Of a stretch of 64,000 nucleotides of DNA, positions 12,501 to 23,224 are shown piece after piece. This DNA is from Ascidiella aspersa (Eukaryota): contig OZ004613.1 of the NCBI GenBank assembly GCA_963924565.1, positions 9,114,001-9,178,000 of the forward strand, read 5' to 3'. The position numbers were made by a program, and so were the translations under genes. How positions within the stretch are numbered: the first letter of the stretch is position 1; each line of letters starts with the position of its first letter. Under the pieces are notes generated by a model. That model had not been told where the DNA came from and did not search any database. It saw only the letters and a program-made list of their open reading frames with translations.

Positions 12501-15500
12501 AGTCATTTGTGAAATAACTTAAGTTACATTTAAGTCATTTGTGAAATAATTTGAGTTACATTTAAGTCATTTGTGAAATAACTTAAGTTACATTTAAGTC
12601 ATTTGTGAAATAACTTAAGTTACATTTAAGTCATTTGTGAAATAACTTAGGTTACATTTAAGTCATTTGTGAAATAACTTAAGTTACATTTAAGTCATTG
12701 GTGAAATAATTTGAGTTACATTTAAGTCATTTGTGAAATAACTTAAGTTACATTTAAGTCATTTGTGAAATAACTTGAGTTGCATTCAAGTCATTGTGAA
12801 ATAACTTTTTAAGTCATTTGTGAAATAACTTAAGTTACATTCAAGTCATTTGTGAAATAACTTAAGTTACATTCAAGTCATTTGTGAAATAACTTAAGTG
12901 ACATTTAAGTCATTTGTGAAATAACTAAAGTTATAGTTAAGTCATTTGTGAAATAACTTAAGTTACATTTAGGTCATTGTGAAATAACTTAAGTGACATT
13001 TAAGTCATTTGTGAAATAACTTAAGTTACAGTTAAGTCATTTGTGAAATAACTTAAGTTACATTTAGGTCATTTGTGAAATAACTTAAGTTACATTTAGG
13101 TCATTTGTGAAATAACTTAAGTTACATTCAAGTCATTTGTGAAATAACTTTGTGAAATAACTTAAGTTACATTTAAGTCATTTGTGAAATAACTTCAGTT
13201 ACATCTAAGTCATTTGTGAAATAACTTAAGTTAGATTTAAGTCATTTGTGAAATAACTTAAGTTACATTTAAGTCATTTGTGAAATAACTTAAGTTACAT
13301 TTAAGTCATTGTGAAATAACTCAAGATGCATTTAAGACATTGTGAAATAACTTAAGTTACATTTAAGTCATTGTGAAATAAGTGAAATACCTTAAGTTAC
13401 ATTTAAGTCATTGTGAAATAACTTAAGTTACATTTAAGTCATTTGTGAAATAACTTAAGTTACATTTAAGTCATTTGTGAAATAACTTAAGTTACATTTA
13501 GGTCATTTGTGAAATAACTTAAGTTACATTTAAGTCATTGTGAAATAACTTAAGTTACATTTAGGTCATTTGTGAAATAACTTAAGTTACAGTTAATTCA
13601 TTTGTGAAATAACTTAAGTTACATTTAAGTCATTGTAAAATAACTTAAGTTACATTTAAGTCATTTGTGAAATAACTTAAGTTACATTTAAGTCATTTGT
13701 GAAATAACTTAAGTTACATTTAAGTCATTGTGAAATAACTTAAGTTACATTTAAGTCATTTGTGAAATAACTTAAGTTACATTTAAGTCATTTGTGAAAT
13801 AACTTAAGTTACATTTAAGTCATTGTGAAATAACTTAAGTTACATTTAAGTCATTTGTGAAATAACTTAAGTAACATTTAAGTCATTGTGAAATAACTTA
13901 AGTTACATTTAAGTCATTTGTGAAATAACTTAAGTTACATATGAGTCATTTGTGAAATAACTTAAGTTACATTTAAGTCATTCGTGAAATAACTTAAGTT
14001 ACATTTAAGTCATTTGTGAAATAACTTAAGTTACATTTAAGTCATTTGTGAAATAACTTAAGTTACATTTAAGTCATTTGTGAAAAAACTTTTTAAATAA
14101 CTTCAGTACAAGCCAAGTCACTGATAGAGCAAGTCATCTCTGGGTCAACTCTTTTTTTTTTAATTTTATGGTTCTTTCTGGATTTTCAAAATGTTGTTGT
14201 TTGAGTACATTTTGCTTCAAACGAAAAAGAGGAAACTTTTTTAGTGTACGAAGTTGATATTTTATTGTTTTTATTTTTAGACCTCATAAAGACCCCAAAC
14301 AATTATACTAGTCATTGCATTTGCGGGAGTGTTTATATCTTGGGAGTATATGACTTGTAAGATTAAGGTGTAATATTTAAGTAAGATTAACAATGGAAGC
14401 TTAAAACAAGGACATACTTATTTTCCTTTGTAACTTCAACTACGCCCAATCAGGCTTATTAACCATTATGATGCGATGAACAACTTTTAATTTGTTCAGT
14501 TTGCACGCTTTACAAAATCAAAATCTCCAGTTGGTGTCAGTGTTAGCACTGTTTTGAACAGCGTCAGAGCAATGGCACCTTGAGGTAATTCCCCAATGGG
14601 TATTTCCCTCGCTTCTCTGTATGCTGCCTATGCAATGCATAGATAACGAAATGCATTTGGTGATAAATTAAATGGGCAAGCCGCTGATAATGTATCGCTA
14701 TGGGCTTAAATCAATATCAATCGAATCAGGGCACTTGTATACGCACGAAGCACGCCATACGAAAGTATCGCAAACAACTTTAAATGAGTTGCTGAAACCT
14801 CTGTAAATTGCGAAATGTCGTTTATCGAATATTATGGCTTTGATATTTTTATTGAAATTACTAAAGAAACTTTGAAGAAGTTTGTGAAACAATCAAATCA
14901 ATGCGTAACAAAAAAATTGAAGTCTAGCCCTGTTAATCCTAAATTCATACAAAAATGGTAATTTATCAAGATGCAAATGTAACGCTACAAACCAATAGTT
15001 CCGCGACGCCTTTGTAAAAGTTTTTTGGTCTTGCAACGCACCAATCGATTATAATTTTACTAATTTTATATATTTCTTTGTTTGTAAAGTCAACAAACCG
15101 CTCTAGTTTTTGTGACATTAAATCCGAGTGCACATGTCAGAGGATCAATGTGCGACACATTGGAAAATTGAAACGACGCACAGTTTAAGAACCTGTTCTA
15201 TAAACCGCATGAACAACAGCTTTTATTACCCTAGAGGAAAAACTCCTGTTGGAAACCACTTGGCGTGCTCTGTTTACAATAAAAATAATTTGCAATTGTT
15301 TTTATTAGTGGCTTGTAAATATCATGAGATAATATCCATTATATGTGTTTTTACTAACTCACGTTGGAAACCACTTGGCATGCTCTGTCCACGGTTCGTC
15401 CTCTGGGTCCCAGTTCTGCAAACCTCCGTTGCAATACCAGCACTTGACCCGGTCTCTATCGCCTGGTTTAACGGATTCATAAGTAAATAACGAAATAATA

Positions 15501-18500
15501 GCCCTACAATGTTAAGATACAACTGCTGACAACTGTTTTGCGATTTGATTATGTCGCAAAGAGTTTTTTGGGGATTAAATTGATTCCGGGAAAATGTCCT
15601 CTTCGACTTTAAAAATAAGTTTAAAATCTTATAAGAGAGTTATAAATGACTTGAATGTAATCATTTAAAAAAGTAAAACAGGGCTTTTTAGTGATCGGGG
15701 TATTAAGGCAAAGAAACTGTACGGGGTATTGGTTGAAAAAATTTAACAAAAAGTACAGCAGAAATATGAGTAAATAATACATATTTCAGGTCAGGATAGT
15801 GCAGGGTATAGGTCCACACTGGTGTCCATCATATAGAGTATAGACGACCTGAAGGTAGTTCACTGGGTCTGATGGTTACCAGGGATCTCTGAAAATCAAC
15901 TGGAGTGATAGAATCAACATGAAAAGCGTCGCGCCATTTTAAAGGGATAGCTACACACCAGCAACGCGTAACATTGTCAGAAAATGTAATATATTTTATG
16001 AATAAAACCAAAAATAAAATGTTCAAGCTTTCTTTTCATATAAGATAGCTACACTTAGGGATAGCTACACATCAGCTATGCATAAAAATTGACAGACTAT
16101 TTTTATGGATAAAATAGAAGAATCTTGTAATCTTTTTGCACACTTTACCACACAAGACTTTATTCCGCAAGCTTTTTCAAAAGCGTGCACTGATTTTGGG
16201 AAAAAATACTTAAAAAATAAGGAATAGGTCGACTAGATCGACATCATTTTGAATTGATGATGATACCGGTGCATATCGCAACGTATTTTAAGATAAGGCG
16301 ATTTACCCGGCCTACTTGGCTTTGACATTCATTTTTTATACTTCTAAAGACAGAGTGAAATATCAACCGATATTTCGGTGTATACCAAAAAGAAAGTGCC
16401 ATACCGAGAAAGAAGAATCCGGCTTTGGAGATCTGTCCAGGTGTGGCGTTGACTTGGGCTGCTGGCCAGCGGTGATCGAAGGTTTCCATCCTGGTTTCTT
16501 CATTCCTCATGTGAGGGTTAACTGGGTATTGGCACGGAAACATGTTGCGAAGGTCGCGCTGAACATATAAAGTACACAATTTAAAAACAAACCAGGCTAT
16601 AAAAATGATATTGAATGATTAATTTTTCCGAAACGTGAACAGAAGGGGGCGTGGCATGCGAGGGAACCACTACCGCTCATTAACGGTTGCGAACTACTGT
16701 GCTATAGATTAAATGCTATTGTTTGTTCTTTTATTCGGAGCGTGTTGGTTGCTGTTGACAAACAGTTAACAATGGGCTGTTTCCCCGCCAGTTTCTGTGT
16801 CTTCAAAGGAAAGAAAACATTCAAAAAATTATTATCTTGGAAAAATGCGAAAGTTCAACATCCTTTTTTCTCAAGTAATTTGGTTCAGGAAGCCAACGAT
16901 AGCATGGTGGTGTAACACTCAACAACAGGCCTAACTTAATGAATCATATTTTGCAATAAGCTCGCAGTGATTTCTGTCCACAACAGTGAGTAATGCAACA
17001 TTTGCAGCCCGCTTGTTCGAACTGAATACAATTGGTCATCGCAATTCCATTTATTGTGGAAGTTTTTTCATATATTATTTTTATTTGGTGCCAGCAAATC
17101 ATAAGAAGCAATTTGGAGGAGGTAAAACAAGCAAGACTTTATATTTGAAATTGCATTATAAGTTGTAGTGTTAAACGATATTGGCTTGCAAGCGGTTGAA
17201 ATGGCATAATGCTATTGTGTGCTAAGTATGCTATACCGACTGTAAATGATCGATATTTTATATTTATCCCGATACTGATACCCGATATTTTGGACAAAGT
17301 TTCGTAATCCGAACCGATAATAAATGCCGCAAGTACAATGCTCGAACCATAAAATAGACGATAACGTTAAAGGTAATTTGCCTAGGGTGTTAGGCGATTT
17401 GCTTTTTCCAAGGTTTATTTTAGTGTTAAGAAGTTTTTGTTACCTTTAGTCGCTAACCTAATAATGTTTAATAAATTTACGTTTTAAGGAAAATCGTTGT
17501 GTTAGATCGCAAATTATAGGGCTGAAATTCCTATATGAATTTGGAATCGGAGCCTATATAGCACCTTCGAGACAGATCTATCACTTTGTATCGGGTATCG
17601 GCTCCGATCCGATTTTTCGTAACGATTTTATAGTTGATTTAGGGTCAAATGTACAGTTTCTTTTACCAAGGGCGCGAAATTGGACAGAACCGGTGGTTAA
17701 AAACTAAAAAGAAAAAAAGCGACGATAGTTACCGTTTCTTCTTCAGTCGGATCTGGTGGTTCGGTAAAGACAGGTTGTTGACCGGGGTTGGCTGCTCTTT
17801 GCTCGGGCGTCAGTGGTACGTTGCGATTTTCCGTGCCTTGTACCATCCTGTAAAGAAGAGCGAAGCATAGGATCTTGCTTTTAATGCGACTTTCGCGTTG
17901 CGGATAAAGGTGTTGTTTAGAAATGGCCAACTATTTTCGGAACATTGGAAATGTTTCGTTTGGCGGTGTAGCGTTGGGCCCTTACTTCTGGTTGTTGAGC
18001 TAAACTAGGTTTTGCGATAAAAAGCCTAAACTGATTACTTTCTCAGTGCCTTCTCATTATGTTGAAAATGAATAGAGTGTTATTCGAAACGTAAACAAAT
18101 GATACGTATACCCAGTTCTTATTACGTCTTACTAAAACATCAAACCGTTATGCTCCGATAATTCTTATTACTTTCCAATAATTCTACTTACCTTCTACTT
18201 TAATTTATTCTGAAAAAATTCTATTCTTTTTTTGTAAAAAAGGCTTTTCTTTTGCACATAATATTATAAAAAAATCTCTTAGAAGATGATTTCATGACTT
18301 CAATTTGGCGCAACAAAATTGCGATGCCGTCACAAATTTTAATCCGTTGTTAAAATTAATCCAAAAAAATTGTCCTTATTAACCTGCAATGGGGAAAGTG
18401 CCTCCTGTGTTCGGACTGCACGCTGTCGCCGTAGTTCCAGTTCCTCAGTACGCCGCCGCAGGAAAAGCACTGGACGCGATCCAAGTTTCCCAGGTAGAAG

Positions 18501-21500
18501 AACCCGGACTTGGCGAGGTCGTTTGGTCTCACTGTTAGCCGATCAGTTGGCCAGTGCTCGTATGTTCGACTGGGAAATTTATTCGATAAACAGTCAAAAC
18601 ACGAAGTATAGGGAGCAGTTTTACTGCCATCGGGCAAAAATAGCTCGAGTATAGATGTTAAAAATGCAGAAACTGTACAAATCGCTATCGCAATATTTAA
18701 AATGCTGCAAATGTCGTCTATACCTGAAATACGAATATACGGATCGAAAAAATGGTAATATTGATATTTCTTTGGAAAACATTTCAGAACTGTTATATTT
18801 CTTTAGAAAACATTTGAATACACCGCTATATAAGAATTAAAAATACAACATATTTCACAGTGTATGCAATTAACATATAATCGTATGCATAGAAATTACG
18901 ACACTAAATGCCCACTGAAAAGATGAGTTCATATGAGTAAAATATATTAACCTTTGCTAAAAAAACGGAAAAACAATTGCGACATGTATTTTAGGGAATG
19001 CTTATTCATGGTGCAAACGGTTTCGTATGAAAAATACGGCATTTTTGAAATAACTGTAACATTCGTCATTAATAACCCAAACTGCTAGAGATAATATTTT
19101 ATTTGCCAGGCACTAGGCAGGTATTTGCTGAATTCGTAGTCATGGAAAACAATGCTCTAAACAGCTGCATGGTTGATGCGAAAACAAGGTCCCGGAATTA
19201 CGCGGAAATAGGGTCCTAAATTGCACGCATTAACCGAAATATTTCGTATTTTACAGAAAGTTTCGTCATTGTTTTATCGGGCGGTGGGTGGTCAAGTTTA
19301 CGCTAAGGGCCTAAGGCCCTTAAACTCGCCGCCCATGATCGTATGTCTATATAAGATCAAGGTAATAATAGTCTCTAAAAAGTGTTTCAGGAAATTTAAG
19401 AACGATTTCTGTTCGACTTACTTCCGTTCCGTTTCTTTTCGCAAATCCAGGTTTTTGACAAAGTTCTCGTGATAGGCAGACGCGATGGTGGCAAACTCAA
19501 CCGTCTGTAAAGCAACAGCAAACATCCAATGAAAACACACATTTCCCTTATTTGGAGTTATCATATTTTTCAGAACTGCTTTACAAACCGACTAAACGTT
19601 CACGTAGATCAATTGGCTGTAAGTTAAAAACGGTGCAATACAGCAAGTTAAAAACAGTGCAGTAAAGCAAAGTGGTGTATAATGTAATTAAAAGTGAACT
19701 TATCTTAAAATTAGTATTTTTTTTTATAATAACTAAAGATTCTATTGAATATAAACAAACCAACACATTTTCGTATAAATTATACCTGAAACAACGGTGC
19801 ATTCCGATTTTGGCTTGGCATTGGTCTTGCTGTCTGGTGTGGAGTGTGAGTGTGGGACACTAAGTATTCAAAATGAAACAGCTAAAGTAACACTTGTGAT
19901 AGAACAAAAACTTCTCAAAAATACAGGATTAATATTTTTTTTCTCTCATTTAAGTATTTTGTCTGCTAAAATGTCGCTTTGTGTGAACAGACAGATGTTC
20001 AGGTGCAGTGTTAGTGAACAGAGTCATTGTTTTAGCTGAAGTTTACTTAAGTATTAAAACTGATCAAAATAATTTGCCACAAATTGTGAGTCATAAAAAA
20101 AGGAAATTATGCACAAAATCATCAAAAGTTCCAGATTTATTGTAACGTTTGCTTTTCGGAATCTAATATTAATAATAATTTAAATTTCCTTAAAAAGATA
20201 TCGGATTTTATTGAACAAAATAAAAATAAAAGAATATGTCACTAAAATACCAGTCCCAGCTCTACCGTTCGTAAACAAAAATTGCAGAATTCCCTATTGA
20301 TGATTGTGAAACACGTGAGTATGTTTATACCCCCAAAGCAAAGTTCTTAATTAGTTTTTTGCATTGCCTTTCATTACGCATGTTCGAAAATATCGTAGTA
20401 TCGTTACTTGTCCGATACTAGGGTGGTATCATTTCCGATCAGATACTAAATTATTATAGGTATTTTATAATTTATCACCCAATGCAGCAATCTACCTTAA
20501 AAGGGATATTCTCAAAAAACAGTAGGTCAACAACTGATGGTAACCAAAAGTACAAAATCTGACCAAATAAGCTGGCAAAAATTTAGTCTTTAATTGTAAT
20601 TCAAACCAGTGGTTCTCAACCTTTTTAGCTTACGGACCAGTAAAATTTCAAAACAAGTTCTGCGGACCGGTGGACCTTCAAAAATCAAAATCAACCCAAA
20701 ATGTAATTACGACAAAAGTATATGAAACTTAACGTCAATTTAATAAGCAATTTGCTTGTGTCTTTTTGATATCATTCGTGTTTTACGTAGTTCATTAAAG
20801 TTTTTTACCTACAACTGGTTTGAAAGCTTAAGACTTAAAACGAGTTGTAGCCTACTACAACACTTGCACCATTGTGAAAATAACTCTATATGTTACGTCA
20901 CAATGCAGCAAATTACGGAACTGGCGAAGTTTCACATTTCATGGACAAGCTTTCAACATCTTGCATTTCGCACGTACCTACCTTTGATCTTAAATAATGG
21001 GTTTGGATTGGGGATGTCTAATAACATCGGACCCAATGTCATGTGATAGTATCGCTACTCGTCCGATAGCAAATCAACATAGGAATTTCAGTCATGATTT
21101 GCGGTCCAACGCGAAATATCGGGAATCGCTATCGTAATAGAATATAAAGTATCGGACAAAACTAGTTTGAACCAATGCAAACTGAGATCTACAAGAGTGG
21201 TTACCTGGTGTAGGCTGGGATTGTTGCAGTAGAACAGAACCGGCTGACGGAGTTTGGTTGGAGCGCCCTACTTGTGTTGCTGTGCTGGTCGAAGCGGCAT
21301 TGTTGTTTGACGATTCAGGCTAAGCACAAAAAACATGTGTCGTCGCATGTTCTATTTGCTTAACGCATGCATGTTGTGGCTTGGGCATTAATTGTAAAAA
21401 ATCATTCAGGTATGCCAGGGGTGGAAAAACTTGTTCAACGAAAGATTCACCTGTGGAAAATTGTAAACCAGTGTTGTAGAAGTCCTTTTGAGATGACTTA

Positions 21501-23224
21501 AGTCCCAGTCAAGTCATTTGTAAAATAACTTAAGTTCAAGTCAAGTCTTTTCGAATAAATAACAAGTCAAGTCCCAGTCAAGTCATTATGAGAGCAAGTC
21601 AACTTCAAGTCAAGTCCTTGTCATAAAATAAAACTGATAAACACGTCCGATTATGAGCAATAATTCAAGTAAAAGACAACATAAACGCAACGTATGGCGA
21701 TCAATTTGTTTTATGTGCAAATATTAAGATATCTACCCATTTAAAAAAAAGTTTAATGATTAAAAAGTGCACTTAATTCAAATTATTGAGTCATTAAAAC
21801 ACTGCTATAAACACTAGCCAGCCAAATCGGTAGTGTTAATTGAATACATATACTGTGTATGTATACTGTACATAGTTACTGTAAACCAAGCGTTTTTCGT
21901 AAATAACTTACTACTTATCGATAAGTTTTTGATAATTTTTTTAAGTTTTGTTTCGAAAATCTTAACGTATCATACTGATTAATCGCACTTTAAAGCATGG
22001 AAAAAATCGTTTTAATTTTGATTGTTTATAGTTGTTATATCATCTAAGTTTTATCACAGTGGGTAGCCATGGGAAAATGGGACTATAAACAGCGGGTTTT
22101 GTTGCAATGAAGCACATTAATAAATAAAAAAACGTTAAACGACAAGAACCAACACTATAATGACCTAATATATAGTCGACTCACTAAAAAGTCGCAGTTT
22201 GTCCACCATTGCCATACGTCATTTTATGTAAACAAATACACAAAAAACAAATAAAACCGTGCGCATTACGAGTGTGGCGATAAAACGCGCACTCAATTGT
22301 AAAGATAACATTTTTATATTCCAGTATATAACTTAACATATGTAACTGTACACCAACTCACGGGTGCCGTTTCCATTGCATTTGAACTTGAACTTCCACT
22401 TTGATTTGTCATCATGAATCTGGCATAACCTCCTCCGCCTGAGCGGCAGAGAAAACAAAATTTTAAATTTCATAATTGAAGTATTACAATATATATATAC
22501 AATGCGTTACTGTAAACAGGAATAAACCTTATAATCATGCAGCCTGTGATACACCGGTGATAAATTCTTTTAAGCAACTGTGAAAAAGTGGTCTGGTTTG
22601 TGCCAAGCAAAATTATTCCTTACTTTTGCTTGTTTTGTGAACAGAAGGAATGAAAAGAGCTGTGCCTAAACTCTTTAAATATTGAAAATCAAACAAAAAA
22701 CTTATGCCCGGTTGTATTTAGAAAATGAAAATAAAAGCCTATACAGAAGTATAAGGTGGGTTATTTTGAACGTCTTGAATATTTCTTTATTCATTTTTAC
22801 CATGGGTAAAAAAAAAATTCGATATATGTCGCGGTTTAACGGTATTATTAAAATGCTATTTTAAATGTCATTCTAAATATTTTTTCAACTATAGGCTTAA
22901 CGCTATGGACGAAGTATTTTCCTATAACTAGCTATATGATCGTATCTAGCCATATGATACTCCTACGTAGAACACTCACAATATAACGCAAAAGATTGTG
23001 TGTTTATCGTGTAGTTTATACTAAGTGCGTTCAAAGTCAATCACCCAATAAACACAATCAGCAGAATAACTGTTTGGTAGGTTTCATGCTTAACTGCAAA
23101 GGTTTATTTACCGATGGGAACATTTCCACTGTCTTCTCCACGGATGAAAGCACAGTCGCTGCGATGCCAGCCCTTACTTTTCACATCGTCACCGAACGCC
23201 CAGTTCTCCACACAAAGACCACAG
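546..23224 (-). CDS. Multi-exon inhibitor of apoptosis gene (BIR1 partial - BIR2 - BIR3 - UBA; cIAP/XIAP-like architecture), incomplete at both ends in this window
   Basis: 14 exons with AG acceptors and GT donors (one GC) join in one open frame with consistent phases. Two canonical CX2CX16HX6C BIR motifs and an MGF-containing UBA domain are present. Confidence 0.93.
705..1535 (+). mobile_element. Non-autonomous hAT DNA transposon with a remnant of the transposase C-terminal dimerisation domain
   Basis: TIRs CAGG(G)CCGGATTTA ... TAAATCCGGCCCTG; subterminal GCCTAGGGCCTC at both ends. About 982-1200 reads with frameshifts [17 protein letters not shown] / [21 protein letters not shown] / [17 protein letters not shown]. 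Degenerate 8-bp TSD attacaaa/cttacata. Confidence 0.88.
2927..2977 (-). CDS. Small symmetric IAP exon ([17 protein letters not shown])
   Basis: ttttttgcag acceptor, CAG|gtttgt donor, 51 nt, phase 1-1, open frame. Confidence 0.75.
3210..3371 (-). repeat. 3' LTR (162 bp)
   Basis: Begins TGTAGCCCC on the minus strand directly after the polypurine tract GGGGGGGAGTAA; aligns with 6531-6674 at roughly 90-93% by eye. Confidence 0.92.
3372..6530 (-). pseudogene. pol: Frameshifted gag remnant and pol (protease, RT, RNase H, integrase)
   Basis: [10 protein letters not shown] protease; [22 protein letters not shown] and YLDD (5322-5333) RT; VDAS..VGAVL and TDHKPL RNase H; HGLAHP...CIKCQ zinc finger and [25 protein letters not shown] integrase core; split across several frames. 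Confidence 0.95.
6531..6674 (-). repeat. 5' LTR, truncated at its inner end
   Basis: Aligns to 3225-3371 and abuts gag-like sequence directly, with no PBS. Confidence 0.92.
6994..7151 (-). CDS. IAP exon, end of UBA plus acidic linker ([33 protein letters not shown]...)
   Basis: acttag acceptor, gtgagt donor, 158 nt, phase 2 to 1; Y..V.ELI.D fits UBA helix 3. Confidence 0.9.
8911..9023 (-). CDS. IAP exon, first part of UBA domain ([38 protein letters not shown])
   Basis: tttcag acceptor, gtaacc donor, 113 nt; the V..A.EMGF motif of IAP UBA domains. Confidence 0.93.
10395..10584 (-). CDS. IAP exon, end of BIR3 plus Pro-rich linker ([17 protein letters not shown]...PPPQIIDPQ)
   Basis: gcgcag acceptor; [11 protein letters not shown] is the conserved BIR3 tail. 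The 3' boundary is placed at a GC donor (CAG|gcatgt) and is less certain. Confidence 0.88.
11289..14090. repeat. Tandem satellite, 32-bp unit AAGTCATTTGTGAAATAACTTAAGTTACATTT, about 88 copies
   Basis: Directly visible head-to-tail repeats with no unique spacers; internal palindrome TAACTTAAGTTA. Confidence 0.99.
15363..15462 (-). CDS. IAP exon, second half of BIR3 ([34 protein letters not shown])
   Basis: aaccag acceptor, gtgagt donor, 100 nt; typical BIR3 sequence. Confidence 0.96.
16405..16558 (-). CDS. IAP exon, first half of BIR3 (...[21 protein letters not shown]...ISKAGFFFL)
   Basis: gttcag acceptor, gtatgg donor, 154 nt, phase 0 to 1. Confidence 0.95.
17235..17615. mobile_element. 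Degenerate MITE with CCGAT/ATCGG inverted subterminal repeats
   Basis: ccgatactgatacccgata on the left mirrored by tatcgggtatcgg on the right; related fragments near 7722 and 28948. Confidence 0.5.
17733..17847 (-). CDS. IAP exon, BIR2-BIR3 linker ([16 protein letters not shown]...DPTEEET)
   Basis: tttacag acceptor, gtaact donor, 115 nt, phase 2 to 0; NVP motif. Confidence 0.9.
18384..18569 (-). CDS. IAP exon, BIR2 core (RTYEHWP...[44 protein letters not shown])
   Basis: Canonical CX2CX16HX6C; ttcccag acceptor, gttaat donor, 186 nt. Confidence 0.96.
19422..19504 (-). CDS. IAP exon, start of BIR2 ([28 protein letters not shown])
   Basis: tttacag acceptor, gtaagt donor, 83 nt, phase 0 to 2; LRKETER matches the BIR N-terminal E-x-x-R pattern. 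Confidence 0.88.
19786..19859 (-). CDS. IAP linker exon ([25 protein letters not shown])
   Basis: acttag acceptor, gtataa donor, 74 nt, phase 1 to 0; needed to reconcile the phases of the flanking exons. Confidence 0.78.
20607..20680 (+). mobile_element. MITE left end (CAGTGGTTCTCAAC-type, hAT/Charlie-like)
   Basis: TIR-like start CAGTGGTTCTCAACCTTTTT...GCGGACC; the right end was not securely found. Confidence 0.6.
21205..21319 (-). CDS. IAP linker exon ([38 protein letters not shown])
   Basis: tgcttag acceptor, gtaacc donor, 115 nt, phase 0 to 1. Confidence 0.82.
21469..21625 (+). mobile_element. Left end of a DNA transposon (probably hAT-like) with CAAGTC subterminal repeats
   Basis: Starts CAGTGTTGTAGAAGTC, followed by many CAAGTC/AAGTCA motifs; contains one copy of the satellite core at 21511-21536. 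Confidence 0.7.
22362..22438 (-). CDS. IAP linker exon ([26 protein letters not shown])
   Basis: gctcag acceptor, gtgagt donor, 77 nt, phase 1 to 0, fits both neighbours. Confidence 0.82.
23112..23224 (-). CDS. IAP exon: C-terminal half of atypical BIR1 ([37 protein letters not shown])
   Basis: ttttacag acceptor, gtaaat donor, 113 nt, phase 2 to 1; BIR-like W..GD and the post-BIR NVP motif. Confidence 0.85.

Noticed and set aside
11289-14090. CRISPR-like array (32-bp palindromic repeat)
   Set aside because: Repeats are contiguous with no unique spacers, there are no cas genes, and the context is a eukaryotic intron.
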